Of a stretch of DNA of 32,829 nt, positions 6,770-15,971 are shown piece by piece; the stretch's first letter is position 1, and every line of letters starts with the position of its first letter. The notes under the pieces are model-generated. The model worked only from the letters and a program-made list of their open reading frames with translations. It searched no databases and was not told the origin of the DNA. The translations under genes were made by a program, and so were the position numbers. The DNA is from a virus. The stretch is taken from the IMG/VR virus record IMGVR_UViG_3300045988_113022; one strand, given 5' to 3'.

Positions 6770-8015
6770 ATTTCTGCTTGAACAGCCTGCAAAATTTGGT
6801 GCAATGATAGGTTTCGACAAATTGACCGATTTGCACAACAAATGGATAATCGAGATGATAAGAGGTGACGGCGACAAGACACTGCAAGCTCACCGTAATT
6901 CGTACAAAACGACTTGTGCTTCCATCGCCCTTGCAATAATCATTATCTTGCTCCCGACACGCAGAACAATGTTTATGAGAAAAACGGACGCAGATATAAA
7001 GGAAATCGTCAAGCAAGTGCAGAAGATATTGCAGGACGAACATACGATATATTTTGTCCAGTCGATATACGGGGTTAATCTGAAATTGACGGTTGCAACG
7101 GCGACAGAAGTTTCAACAAATTTAAGCGTTGACGCTAAAGGTACGTCACAGCTTGTAGGCACTGGTTGCGGCGGCTCGATAACTGGTAAGCATTTCGATT
7201 TTATTTTCACGGACGATATTGTCAACGTACAAGACCGAGTATCAAAAGCCGAGCGTGACAGAACTAAGCTGATTTATCAAGAGTTGCAGAACATCAAAAA
7301 CAGGGGCGGCAGGATATTTAACACAGGTACGCCGTGGCACGCAGACGATTGCTTTACGATTATGCCGACACCCGAAGTTTATGACTGCTATTCGACAGGG
7401 CTTCTCTCCGCCGAGCAAATAGAAGAAAAAAAGCAGTCAATGACAGCTTCCCTTTTCGCCGCAAACTATGAGTTACGGCATATCGCCGCTGAGGACGTTA
7501 TTTTTACAAGCCCTCAGATAAACGCCGAGCCTTGCAACGTTGAACAGGGCGAAGGACATATTGATGCCGCTTACGGCGGTGAAGATTACACTGCGTTTTC
7601 TATCGTCCGAAAGAAAGACGGCAAGTATTACGTTTTAGGCAAGATGTGGCGAAAACACATTGATGATTGCCTTGATGAAATACAGTCGCTCCGACAGGCT
7701 TTCAACGCAGGCAAGATTTTTTGCGAAGACAACGGCGACAAAGGATATTTGGCAAAAGAACTCCGCAGGCGTGGCGAAAGAGCCGTCCTTTATCACGAAA
7801 ATATGAATAAATTTCTGAAAATCACGTCCTATCTGAAAGCAGAGTGGAACAACGTGATTTTTGTTGCAGGAACGGACAAAGAGTTTATCAATCAGATTTG
7901 CGACTATAACGAAAATGCGGAACACGATGATGCACCCGATAGTGTCGCAAGTCAGATAAGAAGGCTATGGAACAAGAAAGATAAGGTATCAACGTATCAA
8001 TCAATTTTGAGGTGA
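6747..8015 (+). CDS. terL: Terminase large subunit
   Basis: ATG 6747 follows GAGGAAG, so the track start at 6693 is less likely. ATPase blocks HFDFIFTDDIVN and TGTPWHADD. RNaseH-like nuclease blocks IDAAYGGEDYTAF, FCEDNGDKGY and HDDAPDS. Confidence 0.8.
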   Translation: MTREQAVKFLLEQPAKFGAMIGFDKLTDLHNKWIIEMIRGDGDKTLQAHRNSYKTTCASIALAIIIILLPTRRTMFMRKTDADIKEIVKQVQKILQDEHTIYFVQSIYGVNLKLTVATATEVSTNLSVDAKGTSQLVGTGCGGSITGKHFDFIFTDDIVNVQDRVSKAERDRTKLIYQELQNIKNRGGRIFNTGTPWHADDCFTIMPTPEVYDCYSTGLLSAEQIEEKKQSMTASLFAANYELRHIAAEDVIFTSPQINAEPCNVEQGEGHIDAAYGGEDYTAFSIVRKKDGKYYVLGKMWRKHIDDCLDEIQSLRQAFNAGKIFCEDNGDKGYLAKELRRRGERAVLYHENMNKFLKITSYLKAEWNNVIFVAGTDKEFINQICDYNENAEHDDAPDSVASQIRRLWNKKDKVSTYQSILR

Positions 8016-8018
8016 TTT

Positions 8019-9425
8019 ATGAAAACATATCAAGATTTACTTGCCCTCGGCGAAAATGAGGAAAGCCGTAAAACGTTTATAATTGACGCAATATACGAGC
8101 ATAAATGCTCAAGTGCGTTTGTTACGGCTGTAGACGCACACGGCTATTACAAAGGCTTGAACCCTACGATTATGAAGTACGAAAAGATTATCTATGATTT
8201 GCAGGGCATCGCTCACAATGACGAGTGGACAGCAAATCACAAGATAGCAAGCAATTTCTTTAACTTCGCCGTAACGCAGGAAAATCAGTATCTGCTCGGC
8301 AACGGTGCGGTTTTTGGCAACGACAGCACAAAAGAGAAACTTGGCAAGAATTTTGACGAAACGTTGCAGGAGTTAGGCAAATACGCACTTGTAAGCGGTG
8401 TATCTTTCGGGCTATGGAATTTAGACCATATCGAAGCGTTCGATTTAACCGAATTTGTGCCGTTGTATGATGAAGAAAACGGAGCATTAAGAGCAGGAGT
8501 GCGCTTTTGGCAGATAGACGGCGATAAGCCGCTAAGAGCAACACTGTACGAGGAAGACGGTTATACCGACTATATCCGCAGAAAGAACAGCAAGGTTGAA
8601 ACGCTTCACGAAAAGCGACCGTACAAGCTGAAAACAAGGACTTCTGCGGTTGACGGTGAGGTCATTTATGACGGTGAGAATTATCCCGACTTTCCGATAA
8701 TTCCGCTGTGGGCAAACGATAAAAAGCAGTCGGAGCTTGTAGGCAGGAAAGGTACGCTTGACGCATTTGACCTGCTGAATAGTAACCTTGTAAACAACCT
8801 TGACGAAGCAAATTTTATTTACTGGGTCATTTCGAATTGCGGCGGTATGGACGATGTTGACGATGCGAAATTTATCGAGCGGTTGAAAACAATGCACGTT
8901 GCCCACGTTGACGGGGATAACGTAAGTGGTGCAAATGTACAGGCAAACACAATTGACGTTCCGTATCAAGCAAGCGAAACGGCGATAAGTGCGATAAAAA
9001 GCAGATTGTACGAAGACTTTATGTGCTTAAACATTGCAGATATTTCCGCAGGAAACAAGACCGCAACAGAAATCCGTGCGGCGTATCAGCCATTAGACAG
9101 CAAATGCGATATGTACGAGTATTGCATTGACACGTTCATCCGCAAGCTGTTTACTTTAATCGGAATTGACGATACTGTATCGTTCAGACGGTCAAAAATT
9201 ATTAACCAATCGGAAGAAGTACAGACGATATTATCTGCGGCAGAGTACCTTGACGCTGATACAGTAACAGAGCAAATTTGCCAAATACTCGGTATGGGTG
9301 ATAAAGCGGAAGAAATTATCCGCAAAAAGCAGGACGAAAACACAGCCCGATATGCTGATATGCTCGCACAGCAGACAGCGAACGAGGGAAACAGCGGAGG
9401 AGCTGACGAACAGGGGGCTGAATAA
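8019..9425 (+). CDS. Portal protein
   Basis: 468 aa, immediately after terL and before a MuF-like gene, with an acidic C-terminus. Called from synteny and size. Confidence 0.7.
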   Translation: MKTYQDLLALGENEESRKTFIIDAIYEHKCSSAFVTAVDAHGYYKGLNPTIMKYEKIIYDLQGIAHNDEWTANHKIASNFFNFAVTQENQYLLGNGAVFGNDSTKEKLGKNFDETLQELGKYALVSGVSFGLWNLDHIEAFDLTEFVPLYDEENGALRAGVRFWQIDGDKPLRATLYEEDGYTDYIRRKNSKVETLHEKRPYKLKTRTSAVDGEVIYDGENYPDFPIIPLWANDKKQSELVGRKGTLDAFDLLNSNLVNNLDEANFIYWVISNCGGMDDVDDAKFIERLKTMHVAHVDGDNVSGANVQANTIDVPYQASETAISAIKSRLYEDFMCLNIADISAGNKTATEIRAAYQPLDSKCDMYEYCIDTFIRKLFTLIGIDDTVSFRRSKIINQSEEVQTILSAAEYLDADTVTEQICQILGMGDKAEEIIRKKQDENTARYADMLAQQTANEGNSGGADEQGAE

Positions 9426-10363
9426 TGGACGCTCTGGCAACCGCACACGCCGCAACGGATAAAGCCCTTGACGCAATGGAAAAATACGTTAGGTCAATTT
9501 ATCTGCGGTCGGTGCGTGAAATTTATAAGTCGTGGCAAAAGTTTTTTGAACAGGAACGCAAGGAAATTGACAAACTGCAAGAGGACTACGAAAAAGCAAA
9601 AAAGAGCGGAGATAAAACGCTGACAAAAAAAGCGGGAATTGCACTTGCGAGAGAAAAGAAAAAAGAAACTGTGCAAAATAAATGGTTTAGCGACACGGTA
9701 AAACAAACGGCTGAAAATCTGCTCCACGTCAACGAAACTGCGGTATCGTACTTGAACGGCAGACTTCCCGAAACGTATGTGACAAATTTTAATGCGGTCG
9801 GAGAATTATGCGAAAGCGCAATTACTGGATATTCTTACCATATCGTTGACGAAAATACCGTTCGTGAACTTGCAATGTCGGATACAAGTCTTTTGCCGTA
9901 TAAAGAAATTGACCCCGTGAAAGACATTGCGTGGAATGTGCGGCAGATGAAAAGTGAAGTGCTACAAGGGATTTTGCAAGGCGAAGATATGCAAGCAATA
10001 GCGAGCAGGCTGTCAAACGTAATCGGTATGAATGAGAACTCTGCTGTCAGAAACGCTCGGACAATGGTTACTTCTGCCGAAAACAAAGGAAGGCAAGACG
10101 GATTTTATCAAGCTGAAGAAGACGGCATTATCCTTGAAAAGTATTGGCTTTGCGTCCACGGCGAGAGGACGAGAGAAGCACACGCCGCCGCAGGAAATGA
10201 TTATTCAAAGTCAAAATCCATTCCGCAAAGTCAGCCGTTTATCGTAGGCGGTGAAAAGCTGATGTTTCCAGGCGACAGCAGTATGGGAGCGAGCGGTTGG
10301 AATTTGTACAATTGCCGTTGCTCCGTTGCGGCGGTAGTCAAAGGGTTTCGCAAAGTCGATTGA
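9425..10363 (+). CDS. Minor head protein (Mu F / SPP1 gp7-like)
   Basis: The C-terminal region ...GWNLYNCRCSV matches the Phage_Mu_F signature. It sits directly after the portal gene. Confidence 0.75.
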   Translation: MDALATAHAATDKALDAMEKYVRSIYLRSVREIYKSWQKFFEQERKEIDKLQEDYEKAKKSGDKTLTKKAGIALAREKKKETVQNKWFSDTVKQTAENLLHVNETAVSYLNGRLPETYVTNFNAVGELCESAITGYSYHIVDENTVRELAMSDTSLLPYKEIDPVKDIAWNVRQMKSEVLQGILQGEDMQAIASRLSNVIGMNENSAVRNARTMVTSAENKGRQDGFYQAEEDGIILEKYWLCVHGERTREAHAAAGNDYSKSKSIPQSQPFIVGGEKLMFPGDSSMGASGWNLYNCRCSVAAVVKGFRKVD

Positions 10364-10387
10364 TGAAAGCAAGGTGAAAGTTAAGCT

Positions 10388-10843
10388 ATGGGTGTTAAAG
10401 TAACAAGTAAAGATAACACGGACGAAGTGCTTGACCGTATGGAAAAGGCTTTTGAACGTGGCTTAAAGGCTTGCGGAATGACCGCAGAAGCATATGCAAA
10501 AGACACGCTTACCGACCAAGTATACAGTGTTGACGAAAGCAAGCTTGACTATGTGCTGACAGGCAGACTGCGAAACAGCATAACTTACGCTATCGGGGGC
10601 AAGTCTGCCGCCATAAGCAGTTACAAAGCTGATAAGCCAGGCTATAAAGGCGGCTCTTATTCGGGCAATGCACCCGAGGAAGATAAGCCATACGTTGCAG
10701 TAGGTACGAACGTAAAGTATGCTATCGGCATTGAAGAAGGAACGCATCGTAAAAAAGGAGCAGTGCATTTTCTGTTGAAAGCGGCTTCCGGACATCAAGA
10801 AGAGTACGAAAAGCTGATAAAAGAAAGCATGGAAAACGCTTGA
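10388..10843 (+). CDS. HK97 gp10-family-like virion protein
   Basis: GRLRNSITY...VAVGTNVKYAIGIEEGT resembles the gp10 family signature. Its position ahead of the scaffold gene is atypical. Confidence 0.5.
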   Translation: MGVKVTSKDNTDEVLDRMEKAFERGLKACGMTAEAYAKDTLTDQVYSVDESKLDYVLTGRLRNSITYAIGGKSAAISSYKADKPGYKGGSYSGNAPEEDKPYVAVGTNVKYAIGIEEGTHRKKGAVHFLLKAASGHQEEYEKLIKESMENA

Positions 10844-10868
10844 CAAAAAAGAAAAAATTGTATATAAT
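10840..10868 (+). promoter_or_regulatory. SigA-type promoter (TTGACA-17-TATAAT)
   Basis: TTGACA 10840-10845, 17-nt spacer, TATAAT 10863-10868. Confidence 0.5.
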
Positions 10869-10885
10869 GAGAATCGAGGTAAGAT

Positions 10886-11020
10886 ATGCAAGAAATACCG
10901 ATAAAATGTAACTGTGGAAAACTCGTTGCGAAATGGCGTGACGGTAAGTTATATGTGTGGTGTAAGTCTTGCAAACGGGAGTTTGAAATCCCGATACCAA
11001 AATTGAAAAGCAAAAGATGA
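10886..11020 (+). CDS. Small zinc-ribbon protein (44 aa, CxC...CxxC)
   Basis: MQEIPIKCNCGKLVAKWRDGKLYVWCKSCKREFEIPIPKLKSKR. RBS GAGGTAAG. Bracketed by its own promoter and terminator. Confidence 0.4.
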   Translation: MQEIPIKCNCGKLVAKWRDGKLYVWCKSCKREFEIPIPKLKSKR

Positions 11021-11026
11021 GCCATT

Positions 11027-11066
11027 GAGCCGTAGGAAATAACTCCTGCGGCTCTTTTTATCTTTT
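11027..11066 (+). terminator. Rho-independent terminator
   Basis: 11-bp stem GAGCCGTAGGA/TCCTGCGGCTC (one G-U pair), 6-nt loop, then TTTTTATCTTTT. Confidence 0.6.
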
Positions 11067-11126
11067 GTGAAAAAAATACATCAAATGGCAACGAAAAGCC
11101 ACCGAAGAAAAGGAGAATGTATAAGT

Positions 11127-11693
11127 ATGGCACTTTCAAGAAGAATGCTGAAGGCAATGGGCATTGAAGAGGAAAAAATAGAACAGATTATCGAAGCACA
11201 CGCCGAAACCGTTGACACGTTAAAGGAACAGCGTGATACCTTAAAGGCTGACGCAGATAAGCTGTCAGAAGTGCAGAAAGAACTTGACGAAGCGAAAAAG
11301 AGCCTTGAAGACGCAGGCAAGGACAGTTACAAAGTCAAGTATGAAGCTGTCAAAGAGGAATTTGAAAACTACAAGTCGGACGTTGAAAACAAGGAGAAGC
11401 ACACCGCAAAAGAAGCGGCTTACCGTGATATGTTAAAGGCGGCAGGAGTTTCCGAAAAGCGTATCGACAGCGTGTTAAAGGTTTCAGACGTTGACAGCGT
11501 GGAACTGGACGAAAACGGCAAAATCAAGGACAATGATAAGCTGACGGAAAGCATAAAAACAGAATGGGCGGACTTTATCACCGCCGAGGGTACAAAGGGA
11601 GCGAACGTTCCTACCCCCCCCTCGAAAAACGGAGAAAGCGACCCGAATAAAATGACTTTCGCCGAGTACAAAGAATGGCGAAAGAATAATTGA
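11127..11693 (+). CDS. Scaffolding protein (phage GP20-like)
   Basis: ATG 11127 follows AAAGGAG. MALSRRMLKAMGIEEEKIEQIIEAHAETV... followed by long charged coiled-coil sequence. Lies immediately upstream of the capsid gene. Confidence 0.65.
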   Translation: MALSRRMLKAMGIEEEKIEQIIEAHAETVDTLKEQRDTLKADADKLSEVQKELDEAKKSLEDAGKDSYKVKYEAVKEEFENYKSDVENKEKHTAKEAAYRDMLKAAGVSEKRIDSVLKVSDVDSVELDENGKIKDNDKLTESIKTEWADFITAEGTKGANVPTPPSKNGESDPNKMTFAEYKEWRKNN

Positions 11694-11713
11694 CGAAAGG
11701 AAAACTGAAAATT

Positions 11714-12811
11714 ATGGCAAACACAATTTTAACCCCTCAGGTAATTGCGAACGAAGCACTGATGGTGTTACAGGCTAATCTCGTAATGGCTGACCTTGTT
11801 CACAGAGACTACTCAAACGAGTTTGTGAAGGTCGGCGATACCATCACAATTCGTAAGCCTGCAAAATTTATTTCAAAAAACTTCACAGGCACGACCTCGA
11901 CACAGGATATAACAGAAGGCTCGACAACTGTAAAGCTTGACAGATACCGTGACATTACGGTTGATGTTACGAGCAAGGAAATGACACTTGATATAAAGGA
12001 CTTTTCCGAGCAGGTAATCGCTCCCGCAATGCAGGCTCACGCAGAAGCCGTTGACGCAGACCTCCTCGCAGTAGCGGCAAGCAAGGCAGGTAAGACTATT
12101 TCCGCAACCGCAAATCCCACAAACCTTAAGGATATTGCGGATATTGCAAAGACGCTTGACCTTGCAAAAGTACCCGTACAGAACAGAAGGCTCGTCCTGC
12201 ACCCTACACATAAGTACGCATACGCTCTGACCGATAATCTCTCAAAGGTAAGCTATGCCGGCGACAATCAGACGCTTCGTGACGCTCTGCTTGGACGTGT
12301 TTACACACTTGACACATATATGGACCAGAACGCACCTGATACTTACGCTGAAACAGCAGGCACAGCGACAGGCTACAAGGTATCTGCAACAGCAGGCGCA
12401 ACAACTGTTAAGCTGACAGGCGTTACAGCGGTAACAGGCACGATTAAGAAGGGTGATGCCTTTATCGTTGACGGATATATCTATCACTTTGAAGCTGATG
12501 CAACAGCGGCAAGCGGTGAGGTAGCAAGCGTTGCTATCGACCAGCCTGTACACGCAACACTGACCGAAGCAGTGGCAACACTCGTAAAGAAGCCTCATTC
12601 GGTAGCGTTCCATAGAAACGGTCTTGCACTCGTTACAAGAAACCTCGAACTGCCTATGGGTGCAGCTAATGCGGCAATTGCTTCCGCAGACGGTCTTGCA
12701 GTAAGAGTTGTTTACGGCTACGACATGGAGCATAAAAAGGATACAATTTCATTTGATATTCTTTACGGTATCAAAGACCTTGACGACAACATGATTGTTG
12801 CACTTGCGTAA
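11714..12811 (+). CDS. Major capsid protein (P22 coat-like N-terminal pattern)
   Basis: MANTILTPQVIANEALMVLQANLVMADLVHRDYSNEF..GDTITIRKP resembles the coat-protein family. It follows the scaffold gene. Confidence 0.75.
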   Translation: MANTILTPQVIANEALMVLQANLVMADLVHRDYSNEFVKVGDTITIRKPAKFISKNFTGTTSTQDITEGSTTVKLDRYRDITVDVTSKEMTLDIKDFSEQVIAPAMQAHAEAVDADLLAVAASKAGKTISATANPTNLKDIADIAKTLDLAKVPVQNRRLVLHPTHKYAYALTDNLSKVSYAGDNQTLRDALLGRVYTLDTYMDQNAPDTYAETAGTATGYKVSATAGATTVKLTGVTAVTGTIKKGDAFIVDGYIYHFEADATAASGEVASVAIDQPVHATLTEAVATLVKKPHSVAFHRNGLALVTRNLELPMGAANAAIASADGLAVRVVYGYDMEHKKDTISFDILYGIKDLDDNMIVALA

Positions 12812-12832
12812 ACGATGAAAGGACGGCGTGAT

Positions 12833-13258
12833 ATGCTGACGGAATTATGTAGAGAGTGTCGCAACTGGTTCACAACCGACAGCGACAAGCACAGCGGTGA
12901 CTTTACAATTTCAGACGGCGGTATCACGCCGTTTGATTTTGTACTGAGCGGGCAGTATTTCCGCATTATGGGAAGTCACTTCAATGACGGGGTTTATAAA
13001 AACGTTCCCGAAGAAGTCGCAAAACTGACGGCTGAAACGTTTACAGGGCAGATATGGGCAATGCGTGTTCCTCCTGCGTTTATTGACCTATCGGGGAAGA
13101 TTGAAGAGTACATCGCCAAAAACGAAAAAGAAATTTCTCCGTACACATCGGAGAGTTTCGGCGGTTATAGCTACACGAAAGCGGTAAACGATAAAAACGT
13201 TCCGCTGATGTGGCAAGAAGTTTTCAACAGCCAGTTGAAAGTTTGGAGGAAAATATGA
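12833..13258 (+). CDS. Hypothetical head-tail connector-region protein
   Basis: ATG 12833 has AAAGGA 9 nt upstream, whereas the track start at 12815 has no RBS. Called from position only. Confidence 0.4.
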   Translation: MLTELCRECRNWFTTDSDKHSGDFTISDGGITPFDFVLSGQYFRIMGSHFNDGVYKNVPEEVAKLTAETFTGQIWAMRVPPAFIDLSGKIEEYIAKNEKEISPYTSESFGGYSYTKAVNDKNVPLMWQEVFNSQLKVWRKI

Positions 13259-13608
13259 GTTTACTAAGCGAAGCAATGACCGACTGCGTGTTTTTGAACA
13301 AAAGCAAGGTTTCGGACGGTGAAGGCGGTTTCGTGGTAGAATGGACAGAAGGGGCTTCTTTCAAAGCGGCGATTGTTTTTGACAACTCGATGGAAGCCCG
13401 TACCGCCGAAAAGGCAGGGGTTACAAGTCTTTACACGGTTTCTGTTCCTATTTCGGTGGCGATTGAGTACCACGATGTTTTCAAACGCTTGTCGGACGGC
13501 AAGATTTTCCGTGCTACGTCTGACGGTGACGACAGCAAAACGCCCGCAAGGGCTACATTCCAAATCGCCCAGTTCACCGCCGAGGAGTTTGTGCCGACTA
13601 CAAAGTAG
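13255..13608 (+). CDS. Putative head closure / head-tail joining protein
   Basis: ATG 13255 follows GGAGGAAAAT and overlaps the upstream stop. Size and position fit a head-tail joining protein. Confidence 0.45.
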   Translation: MSLLSEAMTDCVFLNKSKVSDGEGGFVVEWTEGASFKAAIVFDNSMEARTAEKAGVTSLYTVSVPISVAIEYHDVFKRLSDGKIFRATSDGDDSKTPARATFQIAQFTAEEFVPTTK

Positions 13609-13818
13609 GCACTTTTCGGGCATTGTAGAGGGGAATGTAGTAGACTTTGTAGAGGTGCTAAAGTGGCTCTACGACTGGCTTTAAGGGTAGTTAAACTACA
13701 AACTCTACAAAATTTTTTATATTTATATAAAATAGGAGATTTTTTATAAAAGTAAATTTTATATTTATAGAAAACAATGTAGTTTTTGTAGTTTGTAGTA
13801 GAGAACGGGGGTTAGGAA
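13598..13818. repeat. Iteron / inverted-repeat / AT-rich noncoding element, copy 2 (paralog of 822..1118)
   Basis: The 23-nt TAGTTAAACTACAAACTCTACAA at 13688-13710 is identical to 924-946. The 16-nt ATTTATATAAAATAGG at 13721-13736 is identical to 957-972. AGACTTTGTAGAGG at 13642-13655. Palindrome CTACAAAGTAG at 13598-13608. Imperfect inverted arm TTTTTGTAGTTTGTAGTAGAG at 13783-13803. Confidence 0.8.
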
Positions 13819-14190
13819 ATGACAAAAGCGGCGGCACTGCATAGCTTTTATAGCTCGTTCGGGCTGACGGCTTACGAAGAAAATTCCGTCCCCGATGACG
13901 CAGAATTTCCGTATATTACTTATAATGTCACAACAGACAGCTTCGGCAATTATTCAACCGCAATGACCTTTTCGCTTTGGTATCGTTCAACGAGTTGGAA
14001 AGCGGTAAATGCAAAGTGCGAGGAAATCTCAGCGGCGATAGGTTTAGGCGGTCAGCTGATAGACTGTGACGGCGGTAAAATATGGATTAAAAGAGGACAG
14101 CCGTTTGCAAATTCAACAGGGGACGCAGACGATGAGTTAATAAAAAGAAAGATTATAAACGTGAGTGCAGATTACCTCACGTTAAACTGA
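13819..14190 (+). CDS. Hypothetical tail-completion-region protein
   Basis: RBS GGGGGTTAGGAAATG. Lies just upstream of the major tail gene. No motif recognised. Confidence 0.4.
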   Translation: MTKAAALHSFYSSFGLTAYEENSVPDDAEFPYITYNVTTDSFGNYSTAMTFSLWYRSTSWKAVNAKCEEISAAIGLGGQLIDCDGGKIWIKRGQPFANSTGDADDELIKRKIINVSADYLTLN

Positions 14191-14209
14191 CGAAAGGATA
14201 AGGTAAACA

Positions 14210-14821
14210 ATGGGTAAATTTACGGTTATACCGAAAGATACGTTTGACGATTTACAGCTTGATGCAGGTGTGCTTTTAAAAAACTTTGTACCTGCAACAG
14301 CCGCCGCTCCGCAGGATAGCGATATTATCTGCGCTACGACAGGCGGCATAAACGCAACTTGTACGCCGACATATAGCGATTTAGGCGAGGACGTTGACAA
14401 CTGCCCGAACAATATGAAGGAACTTAAACACCTTGACGGTTGGGATTGCACGCTTGCTTTTACATCACTGGGAATGAGTACAGCGGCTATTAAAATGGCG
14501 CTTGGCAGTGCGGATATTGACACGCAGGACACGACAAAGGTCACGCCGAGAAGAGATTTAAAGCAGTCTGACTTCTCGGACATTTGGTGGGTAGGCGACA
14601 AAGCTGACGGCGGTATGGTCGCTATACAGCTTAAAAATGCCCTCTCGACAGGCGGTTTTTCGTTACAGACAACCAAAAGTGGCAAGGGTCATATTTCTGT
14701 CACACTGACAGGTCATGTGTCAATTGAAGCGCAGACCGATATGCCTATGGTCTTTTACTCGACAAGCGGCACAGCAGAAGCAACACAGGCTGACAGCGGC
14801 ACTGACAGCGGTACAGTTTAA
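14210..14821 (+). CDS. Putative major tail (tube) protein
   Basis: 203 aa, immediately upstream of the chaperone/frameshift pair and the tape measure gene. Ser/Thr-rich C-terminal tail. Confidence 0.6.
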   Translation: MGKFTVIPKDTFDDLQLDAGVLLKNFVPATAAAPQDSDIICATTGGINATCTPTYSDLGEDVDNCPNNMKELKHLDGWDCTLAFTSLGMSTAAIKMALGSADIDTQDTTKVTPRRDLKQSDFSDIWWVGDKADGGMVAIQLKNALSTGGFSLQTTKSGKGHISVTLTGHVSIEAQTDMPMVFYSTSGTAEATQADSGTDSGTV

Positions 14822-14844
14822 AAGCAAAACAGGAGGAACAGCAG

Positions 14845-15213
14845 ATGAAATTATCAGACTTAACGACAGACAGGGCGGCAGACGTTCTTTGCGAGATAAG
14901 CATTTATCTTGTGAACATTACGACCGATGAGGAGTTAATGAACGAACTGAAAAAGCGGTTACAGCTGACAGGTCACGAAACTACATTTGAAACGGTAGCA
15001 ATTGCCGCTGAAAAGATGTCAAAAATTGCTCCTATCGTGCTGAAGAAGCATAAAGCTGACATTTTCGGCATCCTTGCCGCTGTGAATGGCAACACGCCCA
15101 AAAATGTGGCAAAGCAGAACATCATAAAAACAATGTCGCAGATAAAGGAACTTGTCAAAGATGAAGAGCTGATAAGTTTTTTCAAGTCGTGCGTATCGCA
15201 GGAAACAGAGTAA
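14845..15213 (+). CDS. Tail assembly chaperone (G-like)
   Basis: 122 aa ORF between the tail tube and tape measure genes. It carries a slippery heptamer near its 3' end. Confidence 0.6.
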   Translation: MKLSDLTTDRAADVLCEISIYLVNITTDEELMNELKKRLQLTGHETTFETVAIAAEKMSKIAPIVLKKHKADIFGILAAVNGNTPKNVAKQNIIKTMSQIKELVKDEELISFFKSCVSQETE

Positions 15214-15491
15214 CTTCGGCTCTGCTCGATATGCCGAGAAAAATGAGCGTAAGGGGGCTGATTGCCGCAATGCCGATGATAATACAGCGGCAGAACGAGC
15301 AGTCAGCCTTTTGCAATTATATGGCTATGTGTGCGTTTAATCTGAATGAAATCGTTGCGAAAAGATACGGCGGCGCGTATATGACAACGAAATATCACGA
15401 TGTAGTCAATCCCCCGAAGGAAGAAACACGCACAAGCGAAGAAGTCATAAATGGAATAAAAGAAAAGCTGAACGCCCTCGGAGGTGATTAA
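14845..15491 (+). CDS. Tail assembly chaperone, -1 frameshift-extended form (GT-like)
   Basis: The open -1 frame runs from the slippery site to 15491, matching track ORF 15189..15491. This is the canonical siphovirus arrangement. Confidence 0.55.
15177..15183 (+). other. Programmed -1 ribosomal frameshift slippery heptamer T_TTT_TTC
   Basis: In the zero frame this reads AG[T TTT TTC], an X_XXY_YYZ heptamer. The -1 frame is open for about 100 further codons. Confidence 0.65.
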
Positions 15492-15971
15492 AATAAATTT
15501 ATTTGAAATGTTCGTCAAAATAGGAGTTGACGACCAAGCAAGCGATAAAGTAGGCAAAATCTCCTCATCGCTGAAAAAAGGTCTTGCGGCGGCGGCTAAA
15601 GTTGGTGCGGCAGCTGTTACGGCGGCGGCTACGGCTATAGGTGTGCTTGCAAAGAAATCCCTTGACGCATATGCCGATTTTGAGCAGTTGACAGGCGGTG
15701 TAGAAACGCTTTTTAAAACGTCTGCCGATACAGTAAAAAATTACGCCGCAAATGCGTATAAAACAGCAGGCTTGTCAGCAAACGAATATATGGAAACTGT
15801 AACAAGTTTCTCTGCATCGCTGATACAATCTCTTGGCGGCGATACAAAAAAAGCCGCTGAATATGCAAATACTGCGATAACTGATATGTCGGATAATGCC
15901 AACAAAATGGGTACATCAATAGAAATGATTCAGAACGCATATCAGGGCTTTGCAAAGCAGAACTACACGAT
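15484..15971 (+). CDS. Tape measure protein, exon 1
   Basis: Ends ...NAYQGFAKQNYT + AT. The start is uncertain (GTG 15484 or ATG 15508). Alanine-rich helical N-terminus typical of tape measure proteins. Confidence 0.8.

Noticed and set aside
13373-13684. 103-aa alternative-frame + ORF overlapping the head-tail joining gene and iteron copy 2
   Set aside because: It is embedded out of frame in a better-supported gene, has an Arg/Ser/Pro-rich composition and no RBS.
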